Position numbers and translations under genes: made by a program. From a virus (taxonomy: Duplodnaviria > Caudoviricetes): a DNA stretch of 64,000 nucleotides. Within the stretch, counting starts at the first letter, position 1. Each line of letters begins with the position of its first letter. The DNA lies in the IMG/VR virus record IMGVR_UViG_3300026549_000038, positions 64,001 to 128,000 of that record. One strand, 5' to 3'. The notes beneath the pieces are model-generated. The model was not told where the DNA came from. It worked only from the letters and a program-made list of their open reading frames with translations, and ran no database searches. This document shows, one piece after another, positions 34,779 through 45,937 of the stretch.

Positions 34779-35294
34779 ATGGGATGGGGAACTTATTTTA
34801 CGATGACTCACTATTTCAACCGTGAGACCTATACTTGTTTGAGCCAGGTTGAGGATGCGATTAGCGAAACCAAAAGAAATATTCAGAGTATCGAATCAGA
34901 AATCAATGCTCTCGCTCTGATGACAGAACCTAAAAAATTTATCTCTGAAGAATCGGATCCTTTGTATACCATACAACACCGAGTCAAAGAGCTCATGGAG
35001 GAATATGGTCGACTTTCTATAGACATATATATGCTCTCGGATCTGAAAGAAAACTGGGACGAATGTCATAAGACTATCAACGGCGAGGTATACGGTATAG
35101 AACCAGACCCTAAAGAAGGCAGGAACAGCTGGGAGGGGCCTAGGTACTATTGTTCAGGAGACTTTATCAAGTCCGTTTACCCTGACGGAACCATAACGGA
35201 AGGCACCAAAAGCCTCGAAGAGGAACAGCGAGCTTGGAAGGAAACAATAGATGAGATGCGAGGTCCCGCACCTTCAGGATCACAAGGTAATTAA
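34779..35294 (+). CDS. Hypothetical protein
   Basis: 171-aa ORF. Confidence 0.7.
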   Translation: MGWGTYFTMTHYFNRETYTCLSQVEDAISETKRNIQSIESEINALALMTEPKKFISEESDPLYTIQHRVKELMEEYGRLSIDIYMLSDLKENWDECHKTINGEVYGIEPDPKEGRNSWEGPRYYCSGDFIKSVYPDGTITEGTKSLEEEQRAWKETIDEMRGPAPSGSQGN

Positions 35295-38200
35295 GACTTC
35301 AGAAGTTTAAACGCACTGTTTCTTCGTAGTTCTCGCGGTGTAGGATCAGACTTGAGCCGGTATCTAAAAATTATATCATAGAAACCTGGTTCAAGTTTTT
35401 CTTTTGCTGCCACAAACGGAGATTGGGTACTTATATTATTTCCATTCAATGATCTTACGAAATATGATTTGTTCTTAGAAACGTTCTTAAACTCCCATTC
35501 GACAGCCGCTATCTCATGGCTGTACTTTATATCCGGAACCACACAGAGGGTCTCGTTTGGTGCTATAAGACAGTCCTCAAAATTTGTATTTTCCATTTCT
35601 TTCGTGGAGTGTTTCCAGTTTATAAAACCATAATCATTTCTATATATATTATCTTTATAAGTACACATTACGTTTTGGGGGTTGTTGAGAAGGCTTGTAG
35701 GATCGAAATTAAATTCTTTTGAAACACCTACTACGTATTGTACAGTACTGCTCGGAACCCAATCGTTTCCCTCAAGTATTAGCTTGTACTTTTTAAATAC
35801 TTCATAGTATGGAGACATAGAATTAACCAAACTATTAACTTGGTCTTGTGAAGTGATACGATATATTAATATATTACTCATTCTTATACTAGAAGATTCT
35901 TCGCTGCTGTGTGGAATGAATATGTTGTATCTATAATTTTTTGTCCATTCTGTCCAAGATTCTTCATCTTTTGAGCCCCAAGACAAGTCGGTCTGAAGCT
36001 CATCGAATGGCTGCAGTCTCATCATGTAATCTGAAACTGGCAGTTTAATGCCATGTTCTTCTTGACTAAAACTCTCGACAGTGCGTGATTCATCTGCGTA
36101 TACTTTCATGATTTTTATAGTAGCGTTTGATATATCTACTGTGTTGATAATCAATGTTTTAACGATGTTTTCACCAGATGTCAATCTAAACTCAAATCTC
36201 AATTGCCACTTCGCATCTCTAGTAAAGAGGAGTTGAAACGAAATAGGTAATTTATATTTGTTTGTATCAGGATCTATTTCAGTTTCAGATGGGATTGAAA
36301 TATGACTTTCTCTATAAACTTCTGTCAGTGGCTGGTTGTTTTTATCGAGTTCGATCACATACAGCTTTTCTTCAAACACCGAATCCACCTCAGGTAGCCA
36401 CAAAGTCATGTTAAAAGGAACTATTACACCTACTCCGGCAAAGCGCTGTACCCAATAATTTCTTTGGTAGTTATCATATTGACTATTATATATATTATTG
36501 CCTGATGGACTTGCAGGCATAAGGTCCTGAGGACTATAGAAATTACTCTGCACTCCGACCACCACAGCTGTATTATAATCTCGGCTTTGTTTTTGAATTT
36601 CATACCCCTCCAATACTTCAGCCGAGTACTGGTCTGTACCATTTAATCCCCATGTTTCGTCATAGGTCTTATCATCGCTATATTCTCGCGGATAGTCCCA
36701 AGCAAAAAGAGTATTCCACGCTGTATATGTTTGGCAGTTATGAAGCGGGAAAGTATCGTCATCTTTTATGTTACATTCAATCTCTCGAGTTTGATAGGAA
36801 TAATCTATTCTTTGACAAGTTCCTGAAAAAATAGATCTGAATGAATCTGTATATACAATATCTTCAATTGTACAGTGAAGCAGTTCGAGATGGATAGGCA
36901 TGAAGAATGTTTCATAAAATGCTCCCAGCATCGCCAACTTTAAACTCAGGTCTTCTTTTGACCATAAAGTGACAACCGGTTCAAGTTCTGGTACTAATTG
37001 ATCTGGGTCATAAACTACATCACCATTTGATAGCTTGGCTTTTTGCAGCGCAGCGTATATCGATAGGTATGTTGTCTTTCTGAATACTGATAAAGATTCT
37101 TTGTAATTGTTGGTGAGCAAACTAGATAGTTCTTCGTCTGTAAAATATTTGTTATTCATGACACCATCCCTTGCCCAAATCTCACGCAGTCTTATTATAT
37201 CTCCCCATTCAAACCAGTTCAAGCTGTTTATCAAACTCTTATATGACCCTCTGCCAGCGAGAACATCCCAATACTGACTAATCAGTTCTTTTAATTTTCT
37301 GTTAATCAATATGTTATCTTTCTTTTCTTCCTGTATGTTGCTCGTATACAGAGCTTTCTGAATACTGTCAGGAAGTTCTACACCCATGTTGGCCAGATTT
37401 ATATATAGGTTTTCGTTTTCAGCATAAACATCGCAACCTACAAAAAATTCTTCATCTCCTACAGAAAATGGATGAACATACTGGCCTGGTTCAGAAGCCA
37501 TGGAGTATATATAAATAGGATATATATAACTATCATTTAGATATTGACCTGTGATTTCTAGAGTATCCACAAACATATCTGATATGCTAGAATACGAACT
37601 ATAATCCGCCAATTTTTCATTATCAATCAACTTAAAGACGCTGTTTGGATTCATGCTGACAGTTATTGTTTCTGATGTGCCCGCTGCCCATATGGTTTGA
37701 GAGTAGTTCATGGCTGTGCTTTGTCCCTGACCAGGCATCCAAAATATGTAAGGTTTGTTTCCGTCAAATAACACTCCAGATTCTGAGTCAACGAACCCAC
37801 GTAGTTTCTGACGACCTCGGAGTACAACAACTATGTACTCTGGTCCTTTATATGCTTCATGTGTCTCGGCCGGATCTTCATAAATCATTTCTATTTTGAA
37901 CACAATTTCAGTGTCTCCTATCAGATTTGAATTTCCAGGAAACTCCAAACCAACTATAGCCGAATTATTACGACTCGAAGCTTTAACTAAAAACCCAGTT
38001 CCTTTGATATCTGTTTGAACTATGTCTTGTAACACAGTCCAATCTTCTCCTCCGTTAAGACTATATGATACAACTCTGGATTCTCCTTCAGTGAACGGAC
38101 CGCCAAAAGGACTGCCATTCGCCCGTCCTGCCGTCACAAAGAGCGAAGTGGAACCGTTAACTACAAAATCATAATCAATAATAGTTTTCCAAGTAAATAC

Positions 38201-38317
38201 AGTTGTTCCATCTACCTGATGCTCATCTATTTTTGAAGTCCCAGGAAAATTTAAATTGTTTTGATTATTAATTCTAACACCAATTCTATTTGAATTATTG
38301 TGTAAAGTATCTATCAT
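35291..38317 (-). CDS. Large virion/baseplate-associated protein
   Basis: 1008 aa, follows gp6-like gene; RGSYKSLINSLNWF recalls baseplate wedge proteins. Confidence 0.6.
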   Translation of the reverse strand: MIDTLHNNSNRIGVRINNQNNLNFPGTSKIDEHQVDGTTVFTWKTIIDYDFVVNGSTSLFVTAGRANGSPFGGPFTEGESRVVSYSLNGGEDWTVLQDIVQTDIKGTGFLVKASSRNNSAIVGLEFPGNSNLIGDTEIVFKIEMIYEDPAETHEAYKGPEYIVVVLRGRQKLRGFVDSESGVLFDGNKPYIFWMPGQGQSTAMNYSQTIWAAGTSETITVSMNPNSVFKLIDNEKLADYSSYSSISDMFVDTLEITGQYLNDSYIYPIYIYSMASEPGQYVHPFSVGDEEFFVGCDVYAENENLYINLANMGVELPDSIQKALYTSNIQEEKKDNILINRKLKELISQYWDVLAGRGSYKSLINSLNWFEWGDIIRLREIWARDGVMNNKYFTDEELSSLLTNNYKESLSVFRKTTYLSIYAALQKAKLSNGDVVYDPDQLVPELEPVVTLWSKEDLSLKLAMLGAFYETFFMPIHLELLHCTIEDIVYTDSFRSIFSGTCQRIDYSYQTREIECNIKDDDTFPLHNCQTYTAWNTLFAWDYPREYSDDKTYDETWGLNGTDQYSAEVLEGYEIQKQSRDYNTAVVVGVQSNFYSPQDLMPASPSGNNIYNSQYDNYQRNYWVQRFAGVGVIVPFNMTLWLPEVDSVFEEKLYVIELDKNNQPLTEVYRESHISIPSETEIDPDTNKYKLPISFQLLFTRDAKWQLRFEFRLTSGENIVKTLIINTVDISNATIKIMKVYADESRTVESFSQEEHGIKLPVSDYMMRLQPFDELQTDLSWGSKDEESWTEWTKNYRYNIFIPHSSEESSSIRMSNILIYRITSQDQVNSLVNSMSPYYEVFKKYKLILEGNDWVPSSTVQYVVGVSKEFNFDPTSLLNNPQNVMCTYKDNIYRNDYGFINWKHSTKEMENTNFEDCLIAPNETLCVVPDIKYSHEIAAVEWEFKNVSKNKSYFVRSLNGNNISTQSPFVAAKEKLEPGFYDIIFRYRLKSDPTPRELRRNSAFKLLKS

Positions 38318-38333
38318 ATAATCTATTTAATAT

Positions 38334-40013
38334 TTATTCAAATGTTATTACAAGCGGATCAATAACATCAACCAATTGTTCAGAAGCATTTTTAAATTTC
38401 CAACCACCGATCAAAGCAGGATATTGTTCGTCGTTCAAAAGAAGGATGTTCCCATGACTATCAAGTCCTAGATTTGGATTTTGCCCTTCGTAAATCTTTA
38501 CTGTTTCTACTTTTTTGTTATATATGCCTCTACTTGGGTCATAAGTATATTGTACATCTTCGTATTGGCCTTCTATAATAGCTGTCTCATTCTTTTCAGA
38601 CAAGAAATAAAGATTGATTCCGTCAATACCAGATACTCTGTCCATAATATATTTTATAATTTCGGCTTTGGAAATATATGTATCTGATTGAATATCTGAG
38701 AAATATTCACCCATTAATGTTCTTATTCTAGTTTCGATATATGTCCTATCTTGTGCATTCTTTTTAAGTTTGATATACATATAGAGTGCATATCCGCAGA
38801 TTTCTGGGTCGAATATGTTATATGAAGCACCAGCAAGTTGACTACCACTCTTATCTATACAGTTTTTAATAGATTGCTTTTGAAGCTCTGTGAGAACGAA
38901 ATCGGATTTAGTAAGATTGAAATAATCCAAACTATTTTCCAGATTCTGCGCGTAGTTTCTCATCACCAAAGAGTTTACGACAAGACTTCCTTTTTCGCTC
39001 CAGGTTCTATTATATCCAACAAAAGAAAATTTATTTAAGAAATTTTTATAGTTCTCCGGACTTGCCAGCACAAGACTTCTGGAGTTAAGACCAATCATCT
39101 GGCGGACTTGCTCGACCTGTTCAGAGTTTGTCCCGGAAGCCACAGAATCCGGAGAAGCAAAAGTAACATTGAACATTGCGTTACCGTCAACAGTTCCTCC
39201 AGCTATATTGTTAAGAGGATCGTCAAATGTAAACCAAGTTTCTTTGTTGGTATTTAAATTACCAGCTTCTCCATCATGAAGAAGATAGGTAATTTGTATA
39301 ACATCTCCGTCTTTCAGAGCTGCCCCGTGTCTATCATTTCCGAAAATAAGATCGATTCCGCTTATATAGTTAACTTTTATTGTATATTGTTCTCCGGCTG
39401 GATCCATGTCATAAAAAGAATCCATCCGCTGCCACATTTTGTCATTTACCTTTACTTCTATGTAGTCTGCATCCAGGTTGCCGTTGAACTTAAAGTTCTG
39501 AGTATAATACATTCCTCCTCCACGACAAATGAAACTCTGACTTTCAAAACGTCCTTGCACAGCATAGAAATAACGAGTAGAACTATCTTTTCCTAGATTG
39601 ATAACGACAGCTTCCTGAGGAAGTATCATCACATATCCTAGACCATTTTGAGTACAAGTCAATCTCTCGTGATTATTTATAAGTATATTCAAAGAGCTTT
39701 CATTCGTTGGCGTGTAGGTAAGAGACAACTGGACACCCGCAGCCTTACCGTAAGATGGATTATACCCGCTTAACTCCGCAAGACCATATATACTCTTTTT
39801 TCTCTGAGCTGTGTATTTGTTTTGTTCTACTAAAGAGTCTTCTATATACAGCATCATATTTTGAATTACAGCACCAAGAGTATTAATGATTTGTCCGAAA
39901 ACCGTGGAGTTACCATACCTAGCCGCGTTAGTAGAAAGCATCTTAGATATAGATGACTGCACAGCAGACATGAATTCATTATACCGAGTTTGAAGTAAAT
40001 TAAAAAGTCTCAT
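38334..40013 (-). CDS. Baseplate wedge subunit, T4 gp6-like
   Basis: AQ.K.SIYGLAELSGYNP..G.AA, L.FG....G, Y....G..GN, E..EQVR...DY-like motifs. Confidence 0.8.
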   Translation of the reverse strand: MRLFNLLQTRYNEFMSAVQSSISKMLSTNAARYGNSTVFGQIINTLGAVIQNMMLYIEDSLVEQNKYTAQRKKSIYGLAELSGYNPSYGKAAGVQLSLTYTPTNESSLNILINNHERLTCTQNGLGYVMILPQEAVVINLGKDSSTRYFYAVQGRFESQSFICRGGGMYYTQNFKFNGNLDADYIEVKVNDKMWQRMDSFYDMDPAGEQYTIKVNYISGIDLIFGNDRHGAALKDGDVIQITYLLHDGEAGNLNTNKETWFTFDDPLNNIAGGTVDGNAMFNVTFASPDSVASGTNSEQVEQVRQMIGLNSRSLVLASPENYKNFLNKFSFVGYNRTWSEKGSLVVNSLVMRNYAQNLENSLDYFNLTKSDFVLTELQKQSIKNCIDKSGSQLAGASYNIFDPEICGYALYMYIKLKKNAQDRTYIETRIRTLMGEYFSDIQSDTYISKAEIIKYIMDRVSGIDGINLYFLSEKNETAIIEGQYEDVQYTYDPSRGIYNKKVETVKIYEGQNPNLGLDSHGNILLLNDEQYPALIGGWKFKNASEQLVDVIDPLVITFE

Positions 40014-40025
40014 ATTATATTGTTT

Positions 40026-40367
40026 TTATTCAATCACCTTATAAGTTTTTTCAAAAGAATAATCACCACGACTCATATGAATATCTAACAAAAGTATGTC
40101 GTTTTGCGTTCCGTGTAACAAATATACATTCACCGTTGGTTTATAACCAAAAAGCTGCAATTCATTAATATCATCAGTAACCTTTTGCCTTATGGCATCA
40201 TTAGATATAGTCAAATCATACAAAAACTTATCATATCTTGTTCCATACTCGCTCTGACCAAGAACATCTCCAGGCTTCGTATCAAACAAAATATCTAGCT
40301 GTTGCGTGATGAGTTCCTCGTCTGTTGATATAACAACAGAGTCTGTATTTAAGTTAAAATCTATCAT
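40026..40367 (-). CDS. Baseplate wedge subunit, gp25-like
   Basis: LFDTKPGDVLG..EYG motif, 113 aa, upstream of gp6-like gene. Confidence 0.75.
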   Translation of the reverse strand: MIDFNLNTDSVVISTDEELITQQLDILFDTKPGDVLGQSEYGTRYDKFLYDLTISNDAIRQKVTDDINELQLFGYKPTVNVYLLHGTQNDILLLDIHMSRGDYSFEKTYKVIE

Positions 40368-41887
40368 TACATATCATATGTGTATTTTCCTGTGGTCACC
40401 ATTGTACCAGTTTGATCCAAAATATAGTAGTTTCCATCCATCTGTTCTTTTGGAAGTCTGTTGCCTTGTATTTTAAAAATAACTCCGGAACTCAAACGTC
40501 CAATCTCCGGAAACAAAACTCCTTCCAGTTGTAATTGAAACGCTTCGACTTTCGACTTATATATGTCTAGGTTCAGACTTATGTTCTCGGTTACTGCTGG
40601 GTGAACAACAATAGACTCAAGATCAAAAGTTTTGAAGAAGACCGGTTGGATGATATTCGATTTAGAATCGGAAATATTATCATAGGAAATAACAGTCTTG
40701 TTAGTAATGTTAGGAATAGTTATATTATATGTATCCATATCAAGTTGTGATAGATCGTATTTTTTGTGGTTATTGTTATTTGTTGTTAAAAACCTAAACT
40801 CTTTTTGGGTGATAGGCAGCGGATTTGATTTTATGCTAAACAATTCATCCATGTCATCGACACTAGTTCCTTCATCGTAAAAACTCAAATCATATATGTT
40901 TATAGTTCCGTAGATGATCATGCCCGGGACGTATTCAGTCCAGTCGTTAAACATAAATGCGTTTATACTATAATGGTTTTCTGTGGTCAACGGGCTTTGC
41001 TTTTGGAGGATATCCAGGTGGTAATTTGTTGCAGCAACAGCTAAAAGCCTGTCTTTAGATACTATCAATTCATATCTTACAGCAGGATTTATCAATCCAT
41101 ATGTTTCTTTAAGATATAATACAAGATCATTATCATAGATTGGATTGAAGTTTGCTGTACAAACGATCATTGGTGTTCCAGAATAAGAATCACTATTGAT
41201 GTCGAATTGTAAGTTCAGTGATAAGTTGTTATCTGGTCCTGATACGTTTATTGAATTTTGAGAACCCACATAGCCCACTCTCATTATCCACTCGTCACGA
41301 GAATCGGTTGACTGTTCTACTGGGATAAGAGAAAATCCTATTTGAGAACCTTCGCTGTTGGAATCTTGAGGTTCTCCGCAGACATTTTTACGAAAACTAT
41401 CCCACCCATCATCATATATTATAGAACTAGGGTCGATTATATCAAAATCTGTATACTCTACATATTCGTTGTTACCAAATCTTTGAACACCATTCGGGCA
41501 AGCCAGCGCGTCTTCGATTCTTGAGACTATTCTGCTTGCAAGGACAATCTCGACTCCGGATATGTGAATAGATGCTGTAAACACATATTTAGTACGATCG
41601 TATACATCCACGCTGTCCGTAGGCCAATATATCCGCAAAGTGGACTTTTTATAATTTGTCAAAGACAATGTAATCGGATCCGACCATGTGGTTTTTATAA
41701 AATTGTTGACATTTCTGTTTATATTATTTATAGACCCGGGACAGAAAACAGCAATCTTTTCAGAGTCGATTTTAAAATAACTCAAGCTCTCTCCAGAGAC
41801 CATCGGCGTAGCAGATTCGTCTAGAGATACAACATAGGGATACAAGTACCCGTTGTTATTTGAGATATTTACATTTGCATATTTCAT
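40367..41887 (-). CDS. Putative structural protein
   Basis: 506 aa, coupled to baseplate genes. Confidence 0.55.
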   Translation of the reverse strand: MKYANVNISNNNGYLYPYVVSLDESATPMVSGESLSYFKIDSEKIAVFCPGSINNINRNVNNFIKTTWSDPITLSLTNYKKSTLRIYWPTDSVDVYDRTKYVFTASIHISGVEIVLASRIVSRIEDALACPNGVQRFGNNEYVEYTDFDIIDPSSIIYDDGWDSFRKNVCGEPQDSNSEGSQIGFSLIPVEQSTDSRDEWIMRVGYVGSQNSINVSGPDNNLSLNLQFDINSDSYSGTPMIVCTANFNPIYDNDLVLYLKETYGLINPAVRYELIVSKDRLLAVAATNYHLDILQKQSPLTTENHYSINAFMFNDWTEYVPGMIIYGTINIYDLSFYDEGTSVDDMDELFSIKSNPLPITQKEFRFLTTNNNNHKKYDLSQLDMDTYNITIPNITNKTVISYDNISDSKSNIIQPVFFKTFDLESIVVHPAVTENISLNLDIYKSKVEAFQLQLEGVLFPEIGRLSSGVIFKIQGNRLPKEQMDGNYYILDQTGTMVTTGKYTYDM

Positions 41888-41945
41888 GATTTAATAATAA
41901 TGTAGGATTAAATATATTTTTATGTAACATTAATATTAGATCTAA

Positions 41946-44765
41946 ATGATACTTGATTACAGTTATTCTAAAAATAAAAGAATATTTTCTATTTCTTATA
42001 TTAAAGAAAACGGTGCAAAAGACATAGTTCGATTCAATATAGACAAGTTTATATCTTTTTATAAAACCGCGGATGGGAAGTATAAGAACTGGGACGGTGC
42101 TCCATGCGACATCAAATATTCGCGAGACCCTGATTGGGCAGCAGAGAAGTATTTCATAAGAGAACTTCAAAATGGAAATCGGTTAACACCAGAAGTTAAA
42201 AAATATATATTCGAAGGCAAGACAATTCCAAAACTATATACTTTCGATATAGAAACATATATTCCTGACGATAATGAGTTCCCTGAGCCATGCGAAGCAA
42301 AGTTTCCAATCACAACCATATCCATAGCAAGCCCAGAGTGTAATGTGATTGTGTTGGGAACTCGGGATATAGAATCTGATGAACTTCTTCAGAAACGATT
42401 CGATGATTATGTAAATAACACGAAGTTTTTTTCCACGTTAGGACTTAAAAAACCATACATTAAATATATCAAGTTCGATTCGGAAAGAGACATGCTTGAA
42501 TATTTCTTGAAGAATATCGTAGCAAAAGTACCTGTGCTGGCAGGATGGAACTCACTGTTATTTGACTGGCAGTATATTCAAAACAGAATCAAAGGATATT
42601 ATAAAGATATATTTTTTAACTATTGTAGTCCTATATTGACTACACACAACCGCAAATACACGGACAGGAGAAACAACGATGTGTATTTGAGTTTACCGGA
42701 TCACACTGTGATTCTAGATATGATGGATGTGGTAGGTACATTTGACCTCGCAGTTATGCCTATAAAAGAAAGTCTCTCGTTGGATTATATAGCACATGAG
42801 AGCATAGGTGTAAATAAAATCGAGTATGACGGAACTCTAGGAGATTTATATAAAACAGATTACGATAAATATGTGTTTTATAATGCTATCGATAGTTTCT
42901 TGGTTCAGTTGATAGATAAGAGATTTAAGACCATGGATACTATCTATATGCAGGCTCTTTATTGTAAAGATAAGGTTAATAATTGTTTTAGTAAAATAGC
43001 TATTTCTGAAGCTTTGACATTTAACTATTTTTACGAAAGAGGAATCAAAGTGGTCACAGACGGATGGGAAAGACCAGAGAGAGGTGAGTTGGTTGGAGCA
43101 TATGTTAAAAACCCAATGCCTGGTAAACATAAATTCGTAGTATGTAATGACTTTGCAAGTCTGTATCCATCTACTATTATTACTTGTAACTTGTCATTTG
43201 AAAATTTCTTAGGAGGTGTAGGAGATGGAACTTTTAAAGAAAATGATTTGTTACAATACAAAGACGACCCGAACTATTTCGTGAGCGTAAATGGAAATGT
43301 ATACAAGAACGATAAAGATTATGCATTCCGAACAATCCAGGCAAAACTCAAAAGCGATCGAGGTAAAAGTAAGTATTTGGCTAAAGACTTGGATGCAACC
43401 GTAATGCTTGATATAGAGCATGCGTTGAAACACAAGCATAAAAAATTCCATGAATATGACGAAAGAATTCAAGGAGCGCTAAAAGAAATAGGTTATGAAG
43501 TGAAAAGTGGTAATGACTTCAGTGGGTGGGATGATAATCAGCTGCAAGAATTTAAACGCAAACTTAAAGATGAAATTACATATCACACTTGTAACGAACA
43601 GGCAATGAAGCTGTTAGGAAATAGTATGTATGGAGGATCGAGTCATGTCATGTTCTTTTGGTTTAATCTTTGGCTTGCAAATGATATTACCGGAGAGGCG
43701 AGAAATATCATCCATAAGATGGAACACCACGCACCGGAGTTCTTCCTTGGTTGGCCGCAATGGAAAGATGTTCATAAGAGTCTGGGTATTGAATTGATTG
43801 ACAACCCAGAAGAACTTTTAAAGGACGTAAAGATTCAAGAGGATGATCCGGATGCATCTAAGGTAAAGTCTTATGTATCAAGTGTTTACGGAGATACAGA
43901 TAGTATATACTCTTCATTTTCAACACTTTTGAAGACTATCAAAGGCATCGATAAGATGTCTCTGGAAGACAAAGCAAGAATCATCGTAGACCTTAATCTT
44001 AACGTTGTGGACAAGCATAACGAGGAGTTTATATCTGAATATTATAAATCGAGACATGCCAAGAGCGTTCATAAGTTTGAGATGGAAACACTTAGCCAGG
44101 CAGGTTGTTGGTTGGATGTAAAAAAGAGATATGCACAGATACTTCTCTGGAAAGATGGTAAGTACTATGATACAGATGACCTTCCCCTGAAAGTCAAAGG
44201 ACTTGAGATGGTGAAAGCAAGTATTCCAAAAGCAGCCAGAGAAAGCCTGAAGAGATTGGTTAGATACTTGCTTGAAGATGAAGATGATAGTTATTTGATT
44301 CAAAGACTTAACATAAAGATGCAAGAAGAGAAACAAAAGTTCTACAATGCATCTATAGAGGATATGAGCGCAAATATTAAAGTCAATAATTATACGAAAT
44401 ATATTATTGATGACAGTGGAAATGAACCACTTAAGTTTGCTCTAGGTACTCCATTCAATTGTAAGGCAGTAGGAAACTATAACTGGATAAGAAATCACTA
44501 TAAACTCCCTGGAGAACCAATCTACGGAGGTAAGTTAAAAGTATATCAGTATTATCCGAACAATAACGTTAAAAATCCAGAGTATTTCGCTTTTACGAGT
44601 ATGGACTATCCGAAGTGGGCTCCGAAGTATGCACCAGTGGCAAAGAACCTAATGTTCCAACAATACATTATAGACCCATTTAATAGAATACTTAACGCCA
44701 TAGGACTTAAGCAGCTCAACGCCGATGGTAGTATTCAGATGGATTTATTCGATGAATTGTTTTAG
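41946..44765 (+). CDS. Family B DNA polymerase with 3'-5' exonuclease
   Basis: FDIET, GWNSLLFD, YNAID, DFASLYPS, KLLGNSMYG, YGDTDS, KKRY, KGLE. Confidence 0.97.
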   Translation: MILDYSYSKNKRIFSISYIKENGAKDIVRFNIDKFISFYKTADGKYKNWDGAPCDIKYSRDPDWAAEKYFIRELQNGNRLTPEVKKYIFEGKTIPKLYTFDIETYIPDDNEFPEPCEAKFPITTISIASPECNVIVLGTRDIESDELLQKRFDDYVNNTKFFSTLGLKKPYIKYIKFDSERDMLEYFLKNIVAKVPVLAGWNSLLFDWQYIQNRIKGYYKDIFFNYCSPILTTHNRKYTDRRNNDVYLSLPDHTVILDMMDVVGTFDLAVMPIKESLSLDYIAHESIGVNKIEYDGTLGDLYKTDYDKYVFYNAIDSFLVQLIDKRFKTMDTIYMQALYCKDKVNNCFSKIAISEALTFNYFYERGIKVVTDGWERPERGELVGAYVKNPMPGKHKFVVCNDFASLYPSTIITCNLSFENFLGGVGDGTFKENDLLQYKDDPNYFVSVNGNVYKNDKDYAFRTIQAKLKSDRGKSKYLAKDLDATVMLDIEHALKHKHKKFHEYDERIQGALKEIGYEVKSGNDFSGWDDNQLQEFKRKLKDEITYHTCNEQAMKLLGNSMYGGSSHVMFFWFNLWLANDITGEARNIIHKMEHHAPEFFLGWPQWKDVHKSLGIELIDNPEELLKDVKIQEDDPDASKVKSYVSSVYGDTDSIYSSFSTLLKTIKGIDKMSLEDKARIIVDLNLNVVDKHNEEFISEYYKSRHAKSVHKFEMETLSQAGCWLDVKKRYAQILLWKDGKYYDTDDLPLKVKGLEMVKASIPKAARESLKRLVRYLLEDEDDSYLIQRLNIKMQEEKQKFYNASIEDMSANIKVNNYTKYIIDDSGNEPLKFALGTPFNCKAVGNYNWIRNHYKLPGEPIYGGKLKVYQYYPNNNVKNPEYFAFTSMDYPKWAPKYAPVAKNLMFQQYIIDPFNRILNAIGLKQLNADGSIQMDLFDELF

Positions 44766-44815
44766 TAAAGTAAACATGCGAATTTAATATTTTAAATTAA
44801 TTAAATGATATAAAT

Positions 44816-45136
44816 ATGATTAGTGTAAACGATAACAATTTTGATGAAATGGTGTTCAACAACATCAAGCCAACTATAGTTGAATTTTGGGCACCGTGGT
44901 GTGGACCTTGTAAGATGTATGGACCGATTGTTGAAGAGGTTGTTGGAAAGTTTTCAAATGACTTGATTGGATTCCAATGTAATGCCGAAGACGCTCCAGA
45001 TACTATAGAAAGATTTGGTATAAGAAATATCCCAACCATACTTTTCTTCCGTGGGGATGATCTCGTAGACAAGCTCGTTGGAGCCAACATGAAGGATACT
45101 TTAATAGAAAAGGTACGAGGGTTTATAGGAGAATAA
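44816..45136 (+). CDS. trxA: Thioredoxin
   Basis: FWAPWCGPCK, IPT. Confidence 0.95.
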   Translation: MISVNDNNFDEMVFNNIKPTIVEFWAPWCGPCKMYGPIVEEVVGKFSNDLIGFQCNAEDAPDTIERFGIRNIPTILFFRGDDLVDKLVGANMKDTLIEKVRGFIGE

Positions 45137-45162
45137 AAAAGGAAGACATTGTCTTCCTTTTT
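45136..45162. terminator. Bidirectional terminator
   Basis: AAAAAGGAAGAC/GTCTTCCTTTTT between convergent genes. Confidence 0.8.
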
Positions 45163-45922
45163 AATTTCTAAAGTTCTTCATAATATAATCCCATTCATCA
45201 CCAGTAAGGGTTGTTTGCTTGTATGTATAATTCGTAATTTTTGCGTCTAGTAAATCATATATTTTCGAACCGCAACCTGCATCTTTACAAACGTCGGAAA
45301 GAAACTTTCCGTTTTCAGCCCAAAAAAATTTTTTTATAATTTTTTTTGGAAGATTAGTTATTTCAAATTTATTACTCTTAATAAGTTTTGGGCATTTATC
45401 AATCGTCAGAGTATTTATCGTTTTTGGAAGATAATTAATATCTATTAAGTTTGGACAGTTTGTAAAATGATATCCGACGTATTTGGAGTCTGTGAATTTT
45501 AGATTTTCCAGACCAGACAAAGAAACCAATTCTGAATCTTGTATCTCAATTGTTACTGGCCAAGTGCGAGCGTTCTTTGTATTCATGGTGCATCCCAGTG
45601 TAAACAACCCTTCGAGATTTTTTATTTTACAATTCCTTAAGTATATGTTTGTTGGGTTAACAATACGAGAAATGCTAAAATTAGGAGTATTATCGAGTCC
45701 GTCAATATATAGTATGCTACCAATTGGTGCATCTATTTCAATCTTTCCGTTTTTGCAGGTTATGTTTCCCTTTTCCCATATCGAATACTCTTTGAGAAAG
45801 TCGTCTGGATGATATGTATATTTCTTGAACTCTGTCATTACTATATCATTATCAATCTTTTCGAAGTTCGGGTCCTCCGCACCGAACAGAGTCTCATTCA
45901 AATATATTGGTAACTGCTTCAT
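45161..45922 (-). CDS. Leucine-rich-repeat protein with capsid-targeting-like leader
   Basis: MKQLPIYLNE leader; LxSLxGL and NCPNL repeats. Confidence 0.7.
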   Translation of the reverse strand: MKQLPIYLNETLFGAEDPNFEKIDNDIVMTEFKKYTYHPDDFLKEYSIWEKGNITCKNGKIEIDAPIGSILYIDGLDNTPNFSISRIVNPTNIYLRNCKIKNLEGLFTLGCTMNTKNARTWPVTIEIQDSELVSLSGLENLKFTDSKYVGYHFTNCPNLIDINYLPKTINTLTIDKCPKLIKSNKFEITNLPKKIIKKFFWAENGKFLSDVCKDAGCGSKIYDLLDAKITNYTYKQTTLTGDEWDYIMKNFRN

Positions 45923-45937
45923 AATTAATTCTTTCTT